Shown here: positions 30,051 through 38,314 of the stretch, piece by piece | Position numbering within the stretch: position 1 is the first letter of the stretch | Layout of the letters: each line of letters begins with the position of its first letter | Assembly (NCBI GenBank): GCA_023954155.1 | Contig: JAMLIO010000004.1 | Location: 436-64,435 of the forward strand | Reading direction: 5' to 3' | DNA: 64,000 nt | Source: Pseudobdellovibrionaceae bacterium | GTDB lineage: Bacteria > Bdellovibrionota > Bdellovibrionia > Bdellovibrionales > UBA1609 | Notes under the pieces: model-generated | Told to the model about the DNA's origin: nothing | Databases searched by the model: none | What the model saw: the letters and a program-made list of their open reading frames with translations, nothing else | Position numbers and translations under genes: made by a program

Positions 30051-30899
30051 TTATTGTGGATTATTCTTAATATAATCTTTGTAAGGTAGATCCAAATTTA
30101 AGTATTTTACTTTATGATGTGATTTTCGTGTTTCTACTGGAGGTAATTCCATGTAGTTGCCGTATAAACAGCTTAAAAATTGTTCGTACTCTTTCGGTGC
30201 CCACACTTCAAAATCATTGAAAGGGAGTCGTATGCGTTCGTCATACCATGATTTTTTATGTATCTCTTTTGTCTTCCAGGCTCCAAAATAATTTACAATG
30301 TACTCGGCTTGTTCCCAGGGTATAAGTCTGGCTAAGTTATCAATTTTTTTTAAAATGGTCTTTTTGGAATAAAATAACTTTGCTATCGAAGCAAGAATGT
30401 AATGTCCCATTCTGTGTAATAGAACAGGGGAGCGAGCTTTAAGTGTGAATACTCTGCGATACACTTTTAAATAGAAGCGCATTTTTTTGACATTTTTAAT
30501 TTGTTCCTTCTTATTAGAAGTGATGCCGTCTAATGGAAAAATATCTATATAGATACCTCTCGGGAAAGGCTGTGTGAAATTTGCTACTAAAGTCGTTCTT
30601 GTGTCGTAGAGTTTGGCATAGTGATATGGAAAAGTATCGTTGTCATGATGAGTTTCAAGAACATAATGAGGCGGTAGCATTTTGTGGGCATTAGCAATGA
30701 AGGTGTCGTATTCGGGTCTGGGGATCGAGATGTCGATGTCGTCATCCCAAGGAATAAAGCCCTTGTGACGAATGGCACCTAATAGGGTTCCGCCAACCGC
30801 ATAATATTGGACATTATTTTGGTCTAAGATTGTAACTAAGTCTTTAAACATCGGGCTTAGTCTTTTTTGTAGTTCTGCTATTTCGATCTCTGCTTGCAT
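30051..30899 (-). CDS. LicD-family phosphotransferase
   Basis: YYAVGGTLLGAIRHKGFIPWDDDIDISIPRPEY is the canonical LicD nucleotidyltransferase-fold motif. Confidence 0.8.
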   Translation of the reverse strand: MQAEIEIAELQKRLSPMFKDLVTILDQNNVQYYAVGGTLLGAIRHKGFIPWDDDIDISIPRPEYDTFIANAHKMLPPHYVLETHHDNDTFPYHYAKLYDTRTTLVANFTQPFPRGIYIDIFPLDGITSNKKEQIKNVKKMRFYLKVYRRVFTLKARSPVLLHRMGHYILASIAKLFYSKKTILKKIDNLARLIPWEQAEYIVNYFGAWKTKEIHKKSWYDERIRLPFNDFEVWAPKEYEQFLSCLYGNYMELPPVETRKSHHKVKYLNLDLPYKDYIKNNPQ

Positions 30900-31156
30900 A
30901 GAGTAAGTAAGTTACGATTTATTTTGATTTAAGTCATGGTGGCTTTGACTGAAGATTGTTGCTTTGCGTCGGCCTAGTGCTGAATGAAGAGGCTGCTTAG
31001 AAAATTTGGCTTTTATTATAAAAATATCCGTAACCCAGATATTTCAGTATATCTCCCCAATTAAATCATATTTGACCCTGCTATGGATTTTGAAAGGCCT
31101 TAGTTTGGTAATTTCTTGACATTTTTATGTATATACAATACACTACAGGAGTTGTT

Positions 31157-31249
31157 TTGGATTTTTCTTGGGATGAGACAAAAAACAGAAGGAACTTTAA
31201 AAAGCATGGCATTTGGTTTGATGAGTCGCTCAGAGGTGTTAGATTATGA
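31157..31249 (+). pseudogene. Truncated BrnT-family (DUF497) toxin remnant
   Basis: TTG-initiated 30-codon frame (M)DFSWDETKNRRNFKKHGIWFDESLRGVRL*. The N-terminal FxWDxxKxxxNxxKHGxxF motif of BrnT is present, but the frame stops about 60 codons early. The stop overlaps the brnA ATG (ATGA). Confidence 0.6.
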
Positions 31250-31494
31250 AAAAAAAATATAATTTTTCTGGAGCTACAAAACGTACTTCGCGTGTAAAGC
31301 GTCAAATTTCCGAAGACACTGTGAAGGTTCCGACTAGTATTCGTTTGGATGGCTCCTTGCTTGCTTGGTATAAAACTGAAGCTGAGAGGTTGGGGATTCC
31401 TTACCAAACATTGATAGGAAGCATTTTACATAGATATGCACAATCTGAGCTCATAGATCGTGAAGAGGTTTATAGAATTAAAAACTCTGGATGA
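31246..31494 (+). CDS. BrnA-family antitoxin (RHH/CopG-like)
   Basis: 82 aa. SIRLDGSLLAWYKTEAERLGIPYQTLIGSILHRYAQ is typical BrnA. Confidence 0.75.
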   Translation: MKKKYNFSGATKRTSRVKRQISEDTVKVPTSIRLDGSLLAWYKTEAERLGIPYQTLIGSILHRYAQSELIDREEVYRIKNSG

Positions 31495-31541
31495 ATAATT
31501 AGCTTTTTTTAAGAAGAAGCTCATTTAGCTAAATTTATTTT

Positions 31542-32678
31542 CTAAGGCATTTTTAATTCTTTACAAAATTGGATAAAAGGCAAAACCCTGCCGTTAGGAG
31601 CACTTCCGTAGTCTTGTGTTCCCAGGTGAACTTGATAGAAGGCGGGGATGTCGGTGCGCTCCTTAAAATATTGGATATGTGTCGAGAGCTTTTTTTCTCC
31701 AGTTTTACATTCTACGGCAAAAATGGGTTTTTTGTTTTTTAAAACTACAAAATCTATTTCTCGTCCATCTGTGTCTCTTAAATATCGAAGCTCCATATTA
31801 TAACCTTCGGTGTCTTCAATATAATGACAGAATTTTAAAAGCTGGCTGGCCACTAAATTTTCGAATCGAAATCCTCTTTCATCGACTTGGGACCAATCCC
31901 ATAAGTAATATTTTTGAAGTTTTTTAACGGCTCTGATTTTTTTTGCGCCATAAGGAGCTATCGAAAAGCAATAGTAAAGGTGAGACAAGATTTCTAACCA
32001 ACGTTTAATAGTGGGTTGAGAGACTTGTAAGTCCTCTTCGAGACTTTTTAAAGAAAGTGGGGACCCGACTCTAGACGGGAGAAGCTCTGCGAGTAAAAGT
32101 AAAAGAGATGTGTCTTTAACATTTTCTAAATCATTAAGATCTTCGTAAACAACTTTTTGCATTCGGTCTTTTTGCCAAATTCGGTGTTCGTTCTCATTTT
32201 TTGCAAATAAGGGTTCTGGAAATCCTCCAAATTGAAGTAAATTTTCTAAGTCTTTAGGGGAAGGGTTTTTTTTGTATTCTAAAGCAGAAAATGGATGAAG
32301 GCGAAAATATCTATACCTGCCAAGTAAGGAATCTCCTCCCTTTCTGAAATAATCTAATTTTGCTGACCCAGTTACAATAAACCGATGATCTTCTTTGTGT
32401 TTGTCATATAAACCTTTTAATAAGTTTCTCCATTTTCGATACTTATGAATTTCATCAAAAATGAGAATTTTTTCTTGTAAAGGAAGCTGATTTTTCAAAA
32501 TAAGAGACTTATCTAAGGTGTCATCCCAATTTAAGTAGGATTTGTTTTTAACGGTTGAAGGCGAAACAAAAGCTAAGCTTAAAGTGGTTTTACCCACTTG
32601 GCGAGGACCTCCAATAAAAACCATTTTTTTGTTTAATGCGGATTGAATATGGGGGCTGAGGTATCTTTTTGTTTTCAT
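31542..32678 (-). CDS. AAA-family ATPase with DUF4143 C-terminal domain (COG1373-like)
   Basis: Walker A FIGGPRQVGKTTL, Walker B ILIFDEIH, size of about 380 aa. Confidence 0.75.
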   Translation of the reverse strand: MKTKRYLSPHIQSALNKKMVFIGGPRQVGKTTLSLAFVSPSTVKNKSYLNWDDTLDKSLILKNQLPLQEKILIFDEIHKYRKWRNLLKGLYDKHKEDHRFIVTGSAKLDYFRKGGDSLLGRYRYFRLHPFSALEYKKNPSPKDLENLLQFGGFPEPLFAKNENEHRIWQKDRMQKVVYEDLNDLENVKDTSLLLLLAELLPSRVGSPLSLKSLEEDLQVSQPTIKRWLEILSHLYYCFSIAPYGAKKIRAVKKLQKYYLWDWSQVDERGFRFENLVASQLLKFCHYIEDTEGYNMELRYLRDTDGREIDFVVLKNKKPIFAVECKTGEKKLSTHIQYFKERTDIPAFYQVHLGTQDYGSAPNGRVLPFIQFCKELKMP

Positions 32679-32781
32679 TCAAGACTTCTTCCTTTAAGGA
32701 TTGTGTTTAATAAAGGTATGATAGCGAGAAGGTAGTCTAGCTATCAGTGCCATTACCTACACTTAATACTATTTTAGCGTT

Positions 32782-32848
32782 ATGAGTAGTTTAAAGTCAA
32801 CTTTGAAACACTCATGAGTAGTTTAAAGTTGACTTTAAACTACTCATG
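32782..32848. repeat. Two tandem palindromic units (operator-like)
   Basis: Unit 2 (32813-32848) is CATGAGTAGTTTAAAGT-TG-ACTTTAAACTACTCATG, a perfect 17+2+17 palindrome. Unit 1 (32782-32815) is ATGAGTAGTTTAAAGT-CAA-CTTTGAAACACTCAT, imperfect. The half-site ATGAGTAGTTTAAAGT repeats with a 32-bp period. Confidence 0.85.
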
Positions 32849-33244
32849 ATAAGGTTTGTTCTAAAATAAGACATCGTGGGCCGCATTTTATACTAATCGA
32901 CTTTATCAAGGCCTTTACGGGGTGGTTCCAAGCTTATCTAAAAATATCCGAAACTCAGCATCCATTGTGTGGATGCTTCAATTGCGCTGGATTTAAGCTT
33001 GTACAGATTTTGCGAGGACTTGGTTTTGATTCGTTTGGACTCTTTTATATACGAAATAGAAAAGATGGGTCCAAATATCATCTCATTATGAAGCGGTTTG
33101 GGCTCCTTAATTACCGATTTTGACCTGATCTCGCTTTATATTGGATTACACTAGGGTAATAAAAATCTTTACTTATTATATTTAATAAGTTGTAAGGATA
33201 GGCAACTTGGGTCAATGGCAAGTCAGATTTGAAAGTGCGAAATT

Positions 33245-33553
33245 ATGAAAAGAATGAAAGATGTATTATTAAATGTAGATGATTCAGAGTACACAATTGG
33301 TCAAATGGTGAGAGCTTTTAGAAAAGGGAAAAACTTAACCTTAGAACAAGTGCAAGAGCTAACGGGCATTTCCATCACCAACCTTTCGGCTATTGAAAAC
33401 GATAAAGTTGATCTTGGTGTAAAAAGAGCCAGTATGTTAGCCGTAGCATTTGGTGTTCATCCTAGAGATATCTTATTCCCGAATGACAAATGGGAAAAAT
33501 CTAAAGAAATTCAGAAGATTGAAGCTAGAGCAAGAAAAATGACAGCGGTTTAA
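33245..33553 (+). CDS. XRE-family helix-turn-helix transcriptional regulator
   Basis: IGQMVRAFRKGKNLTLEQVQELTGISITNLSAIENDK is a classic HTH_3 domain. Confidence 0.8.
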   Translation: MKRMKDVLLNVDDSEYTIGQMVRAFRKGKNLTLEQVQELTGISITNLSAIENDKVDLGVKRASMLAVAFGVHPRDILFPNDKWEKSKEIQKIEARARKMTAV

Positions 33554-33556
33554 AAA

Positions 33557-34267
33557 TCAGAGATTTAGCTTTCTTATCCTGTCCCATAAAAGAGCTTCGG
33601 GGATATCCATCTTAAGTGCTGACATGCATTCGTTAAGGCGGCCTCGGCGTTCTTTTAAACTTTCTATGGCTTTGGTGAGATCGCTTTTAATGCTTTCCCC
33701 GTAAGCTTGTTGTGCTTTTCTAATGGCTTGATGAAGCTGAGACGAAGGTATTGTAAGCATGGCCAGATCAATAAGGTCTCTGCTAAAAACACTATCGTCT
33801 GACCAACGATCAGAGTTAGCTAGTAGCTTGCTTGTTGCCATATCAAGCGGAGTCAAAGTGGGTACACCACATACAATGTCCTTAGTGTTAGGGGAGTCTA
33901 AAGAGACTCTTCCTTCAAAAATAATTTCAAACTTAATTTCAACATTACCCTGCTTAATCATGGTTCGAATCCCATATTGATCTGTGCGGACGTCACGAGA
34001 TACATTTATCTGTAAACCTTGGCGAATAAGGGGTGAGAGGTCGTTTTTTATTTTAATTAGCTGTCTTAATTTACGATAACCCTCTAAATCCGATATTAAA
34101 AAATCAATATCCACAGATTCGCGATATTCACCATGAGTTAAGACAATCGCAGTTCCGCCACCAAAAAGACACCCATGTGCTCTGAGTGCTTCAGCATCTA
34201 AAGCTTGGAGGACGGTGGCAATTCGTAAATGATGATCTCTTTTAAACAAGCAGTTTCTCCGTACCAA
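33557..34267 (-). CDS. Nucleotidyltransferase AbiEii/AbiGii-family toxin (DUF1814)
   Basis: CLFGGGTAIVLTHGEYRESVDIDFLISD matches the GGTAL...R.S.DIDF motif of AbiEii-type toxins. 26-nt overlap with the upstream HTH gene. Confidence 0.7.
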   Translation of the reverse strand: MVRRNCLFKRDHHLRIATVLQALDAEALRAHGCLFGGGTAIVLTHGEYRESVDIDFLISDLEGYRKLRQLIKIKNDLSPLIRQGLQINVSRDVRTDQYGIRTMIKQGNVEIKFEIIFEGRVSLDSPNTKDIVCGVPTLTPLDMATSKLLANSDRWSDDSVFSRDLIDLAMLTIPSSQLHQAIRKAQQAYGESIKSDLTKAIESLKERRGRLNECMSALKMDIPEALLWDRIRKLNL

Positions 34268-34739
34268 ATAAAGCCATAAGTTCTTGAATCAGTTTAAGTT
34301 CTTTGGATTCCATTGCATTTAAGTCTATATGACGCCAATTGCGTTCGTACAGATTCAATGCCTCTTCAGGACTAAGTGTTTGAGTTTGTTTAATTTGCCA
34401 TGCCAGCTTTTTTAACTGGGGATATTTGGACAAAGATATTTTACTTTTTTGAGTTAAATTAAGCTTGGAGGTAGACTGTGTTTTTAACTTAGGATCAAAA
34501 AGTTGAAGCTCGAGTCCTAGTACTGAAATCACATTCATGTACGCGCCTATTGTGACCGAGGTTTCGCCTCGCTCAATCCGATCTAAAGTCACACGAGAAA
34601 TTCCTGCGGCCTCTGCAGTGGCTACAGCAGATATTTTTAAACCTTTACGCCGCGCACGTATCTGCTGCCCCAAATGGAGCAGTGTTTTTTTTAATTTAGG
34701 GCCACTTGGCGGTGCTTTTGCTGGCATAATGTATCTCAT
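34242..34739 (-). CDS. XRE-type HTH protein, putative cognate antitoxin/regulator
   Basis: LGQQIRARRKGLKISAVATAEAAGISRVTLDRIERGE HTH plus a C-terminal domain of about 90 aa. The real start may be the second ATG (34727, MPAKAPP...). Confidence 0.65.
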   Translation of the reverse strand: MRYIMPAKAPPSGPKLKKTLLHLGQQIRARRKGLKISAVATAEAAGISRVTLDRIERGETSVTIGAYMNVISVLGLELQLFDPKLKTQSTSKLNLTQKSKISLSKYPQLKKLAWQIKQTQTLSPEEALNLYERNWRHIDLNAMESKELKLIQELMALFGTEKLLV

Positions 34740-34765
34740 TATATCGGTTTTTATTAAAATGTCTA
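34738..34765 (-). promoter_or_regulatory. Putative sigma70-type promoter of the XRE-AbiEii operon (near-leaderless)
   Basis: On the minus strand: TAGACA (34765-34760), 16-nt spacer, TATAAT (34743-34738). The -10 overlaps the first ATG of the ORF, placing the TSS only a few nt before ATG 34727. Confidence 0.4.
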
Positions 34766-34975
34766 TAATGAGATGCGTTTTTTCTTATGTTAAGGATCCT
34801 TATGTCTCAGAATAAAACAGATAAAATGCGCTAAGCTTACCTAGGGTAACACGCAATAATGGTCATTTTTGTGGCCATTAAATAAGAGTTTGGCCATGAT
34901 TATGTGCTTTTAAAATTACAAAAGGATTTTAAAAATTTGAGTCAAAGTAGATAAAAAATTTAAATAAAGAGAACC

Positions 34976-35878
34976 TTACTTGAGTTTAAACCGTTCCTTA
35001 ATCTCAAAATCTTTCCCATTAAAGGAAATCTGTGCCGCCTCCACATAGGGGTCATGTTCAAAGAACAGATACCAGTTGTCTTTAGAGGCCTGTTTTAGGA
35101 TATTTTCTTTTTCTTCTAAAATAAGAATAGGTTGAATGTCATATCCCATCACCCAGGCTAATTTAACGTGGGTGGAGGTGGGGACAAGGTCGGCGCAGTA
35201 AAAAATACTGGTTTTGCCATCAGAGATTAAAACATTCTGTTGCCCCAGAGTGTGTCCATTGGAAAGGCTGACGCTAATATGTGGGGCGATCTCTGTAGGG
35301 CCATCTAAGACTTTCACGGCATCACTAGCAAACAGAGGTTCAAAGTTAGGTGCGAGGTAACTGGCACGCTCTCTGCGGTTGGGTTTACGAGCCGTATCAA
35401 CATTGGCCTGTTGAATGTAGTAGGTGGCGTTAGGAAAGGTAGGGACGATACGGCCTTGAGGGTCAGCGCACGTTGCTCCACCTGCATGATCAAAATGTAA
35501 ATGAGTTAAGATGACATCAGTGATTTGATCTGGGGTGACGTTATGTTTTTTAAGTGAATTTAAAAGTGAAGTCCCAGATTGGTCGACCCCGTACATCTGT
35601 TCAAACTTACTTCCAGCAGCTTCTCCGTACTTGGCAATAAAATCAGAACCATTTCCCGTGTCGATTAAAATTTTTCGATCATCAGAAATAAGCAGCAGTG
35701 TACGACATTCCATTAAAATTCGATTTTGTTCATCTGTGGGATTAGTTTTAGACCAAAGGACCTTGGGAACTGTGCCAAACATAGCCCCACCATCAAGGCG
35801 AAAAAGCCCCGTAGGTACACTATAGGCTTTGTAAGGACCAATCTGTAAGGAGATGGGCTGGGCTTCTGGTGTGGTCAT
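34976..35878 (-). CDS. MBL-fold metallo-hydrolase
   Basis: ILTHLHFDHAGG (HxHxDH) motif. ATG 35878 with a GAGGAG RBS. The ORF track start 35929 is unlikely. Confidence 0.8.
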   Translation of the reverse strand: MTTPEAQPISLQIGPYKAYSVPTGLFRLDGGAMFGTVPKVLWSKTNPTDEQNRILMECRTLLLISDDRKILIDTGNGSDFIAKYGEAAGSKFEQMYGVDQSGTSLLNSLKKHNVTPDQITDVILTHLHFDHAGGATCADPQGRIVPTFPNATYYIQQANVDTARKPNRRERASYLAPNFEPLFASDAVKVLDGPTEIAPHISVSLSNGHTLGQQNVLISDGKTSIFYCADLVPTSTHVKLAWVMGYDIQPILILEEKENILKQASKDNWYLFFEHDPYVEAAQISFNGKDFEIKERFKLK

Positions 35879-36004
35879 AAGGGGCTCCTCATTTTTGAGT
35901 GATATTCTTTTTATTGATGAATAGCGCAAAATTTATTTTAACAATACTACTGCTGTTTCGATGAATATAACAAAATCTATCTCTTGAAGACAGCTTTATC
36001 CAAC

Positions 36005-37117
36005 TTAAAACGCGAAATTGATTATGTTTTTGTTGTAGTGGAGACGGCTTTCTGGGGCGGCCGAGTAGGCGGCGGCAAGGACGATAACGTCCCACCAGAA
36101 ATGGATGAAAGTGCTTTCTTGAATGGACCAGTTGTTTCTGTGGGTCACGTAGGCGTCGTAAAACCCAAAAAGAGTTTGCACAACTGGAACAGGATTGTCA
36201 CTGCTGATGTGTGCAGCACCAAAAATGACAGAACTGATAATGCTACCCCAGATCTCGGAATCAGTGGTGGTGGTCATATAGGGATATAAAAATCCTCTAA
36301 AGAAGGCCTCTTCACCCACACCTGCTTGATAAGACGTTGCAGCCAAAAAACCTGTATCTGATGCGGCCACTTTTCTGGCATTGTCATCTTTTACGTTCGA
36401 AGCTAAAAGCGCACCAGCTAAAAGCAAAGGTACAATCGTAGTCGGTCGAGCTAAAAACTTAAACTTAAACGGTGCGAGCATCACCCCTTCCATCGTGTCA
36501 CCGTTATTTTTAATGTAAGCATATCGTGTATCGCCTGAGGATTCGGCGTAAGTTCTAAAAGAGTGATATGCACTTAAGAACCCCGCAGCCATTGTGGCTT
36601 GGGCGGCTACTGAAAGTAACTGGTGTGTGGGTTCGGTGGGCATTCCCCCTTCTGAATCTGTTTCTGTATTTATGAGATCTTCGTTGTTGATCTTTTGTGC
36701 GGCCCAAACTGTAGCCCCATACCCTGCAAGTGCGTAGCCCGAATAAAACATCCCAGCAGAAGTTTGTCCTGTCAGCCACTGATCCAGTCCAGGTAAAACA
36801 AAACTTCCTAAAGCAGGGAATAAAATGTATTTTCTTGTGCGTACACTTTTAAAACTAAAAAAAGTAGAAGATTCAGAAAGAAGCAAAGGTGTAGAAGTGT
36901 CTTCCGCAGGCGTTGAAGTGATGGATCGTAAGTCTTCTTCTGAAGAGGGCATAGAGTTCGTATTGGATGCCAGAGTCAATGATGATGTATATAAACGAGG
37001 TTTAAAGTCTTCAAAGGAACGGGCTTGAGAGGATAAAGATAAAAAGACACTTAAGAATGCAAATGTCCACGGCATAAAACGAAAAGCAGACTGACTTGTC
37101 ATAGATTTTCCCCTCAT
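36005..37117 (-). CDS. CPBP-family intramembrane glutamic endopeptidase (CAAX protease-like) with long N-terminal region
   Basis: GVGEEAFFRGFLY (EExxxR motif) and VIFGAAH (FxxxH motif) in the C-terminal third. N-terminal signal/TM. Confidence 0.7.
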   Translation of the reverse strand: MRGKSMTSQSAFRFMPWTFAFLSVFLSLSSQARSFEDFKPRLYTSSLTLASNTNSMPSSEEDLRSITSTPAEDTSTPLLLSESSTFFSFKSVRTRKYILFPALGSFVLPGLDQWLTGQTSAGMFYSGYALAGYGATVWAAQKINNEDLINTETDSEGGMPTEPTHQLLSVAAQATMAAGFLSAYHSFRTYAESSGDTRYAYIKNNGDTMEGVMLAPFKFKFLARPTTIVPLLLAGALLASNVKDDNARKVAASDTGFLAATSYQAGVGEEAFFRGFLYPYMTTTTDSEIWGSIISSVIFGAAHISSDNPVPVVQTLFGFYDAYVTHRNNWSIQESTFIHFWWDVIVLAAAYSAAPESRLHYNKNIINFAF

Positions 37118-37120
37118 CTA

Positions 37121-38314
37121 CTAAGAAAACTGTGAGATAAAACTCTTAAACCTATCCTTGGGAATTCTCACGTCTTCGTCCGATAGAAGACTTAAGTCGT
37201 CTACATAGTTTTTACGTTTTTGTAAAGGTTCTAAATTCTGTTTACACATAAAAAGACCTGTCAAAATCTGTCCTGCATTTTCGGCCTCACGTAAGGCTTT
37301 AATACTGGCGTCAGGGTCATTAAATTGGGATAGATCAGAGGTGGCTTTTTTAAGTAGCAGCTGTGATCCGTCAGGCCACATGATTTCCTTGATCTCTCCT
37401 TCGGGGTAATCCACTTTTTGAATTTCACTGTGGGGTAAAAATTCCACTTCTTGGTAAGCACTTAAATGCTCTTTAGCGTAGTCATAACTTTTGGTGGACC
37501 CATCATGATTGGCAAAAGTCACACAAGGCGAAATCACATCAATCACCGCTGTTCCATTATATCTTAAGGCCGCTGATAGAAGAGCCACCATCTGTTTCAT
37601 ATCCCCAGAAAATCCTCTGGCGACAAAGCCACAACCTAAATCCAAAGCCATACGACAGGTGTCGATAGAGCTAAAAGCATTTGCCTCGCCAGTTTTGGTT
37701 TTATGATTTAAGTCGGCAGTGGCTGAAAATTGCCCTTTAGTCAGTCCATAAACTCCATTGTTAGCAATGATATACACAATGGGAATGTTTCTTCTGATCA
37801 TGTGAACAAAACCCCCAAGACCAATACTTGCGGTGTCGCCATCGCCAGATACGCCGATGAGCTTGAGTTGAGATTTTGCGAGGTGAACCCCTAAAGACAC
37901 AGGAGCCATCCGACCATGAATAGAGTTAAAGCCATGGGCCTGATTTAAAAAGTAAGCTGGAGTTTTAGAGGAACATCCAATACCTGAGAGTTTCACAATG
38001 TCATAAGGAGAAATGTCAGATTGATAGAGGGCTCCAATGATTTGATTAGTAATGCTGTCATGTCCGCAACCTGTGCATAGAGTAGAGGGGAGGCCCTTAT
38101 AATCAGCACGCGTGTATCCCAAACTATTGATGGCGGCAGCAGGCTTGGGGGTCACAGCGCCACTGGCATTTGTAGGCGGCTTGGAGCCTTCAGTGCCACT
38201 GACACTTGCAGGTGGTTTGGAAACTCCAGAACTATTGATGCTTGCGGGTTTGGTGCTTGGTGAAGCTTGAGGCGGTCTTAATTTAGGAGGTGTGCTTTTG
38301 TTGTCTTCACTCAT
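37121..38314 (-). CDS. 2-oxoacid:ferredoxin oxidoreductase beta (TPP-binding) subunit, KorB-like
   Basis: CTGCGHDSI, GIGCSS and GDGDTASIGLGG TPP-binding blocks. Has a P/S/K/A-rich N-terminal extension of about 65 aa. 4-nt overlap with the alpha subunit. Confidence 0.8.
   Translation of the reverse strand: MSEDNKSTPPKLRPPQASPSTKPASINSSGVSKPPASVSGTEGSKPPTNASGAVTPKPAAAINSLGYTRADYKGLPSTLCTGCGHDSITNQIIGALYQSDISPYDIVKLSGIGCSSKTPAYFLNQAHGFNSIHGRMAPVSLGVHLAKSQLKLIGVSGDGDTASIGLGGFVHMIRRNIPIVYIIANNGVYGLTKGQFSATADLNHKTKTGEANAFSSIDTCRMALDLGCGFVARGFSGDMKQMVALLSAALRYNGTAVIDVISPCVTFANHDGSTKSYDYAKEHLSAYQEVEFLPHSEIQKVDYPEGEIKEIMWPDGSQLLLKKATSDLSQFNDPDASIKALREAENAGQILTGLFMCKQNLEPLQKRKNYVDDLSLLSDEDVRIPKDRFKSFISQFS

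Noticed and set aside
31081-31407. Minus-strand ORF 31081-31407 (108 aa).
   Set aside because: It is antisense to the brnT remnant and brnA, which have recognisable family motifs and proper coupling.
32782-32848. Considered whether the tandem repeats could be a mini-CRISPR array.
   Set aside because: There are only two overlapping units with no unique spacers, the units are themselves full palindromes, and no cas genes are present.
32839-33123. A 94-codon open frame without a plausible start codon in the 566-bp gap (…RHRGPHFILIDFIKAFTGWFQAYLKISETQHPLCGCFNCAGF…).
   Set aside because: No ATG, GTG or TTG near its 5' end, no RBS and no family recognised by eye. It could be a gene remnant, but I cannot support a call.
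35889-36289. ORFs 35889-36095 (-) and 35984-36289 (+) near the MBL/CPBP junction.
   Set aside because: They overlap the well-supported CPBP protease frame or the intergenic region, with no RBS or motif support.
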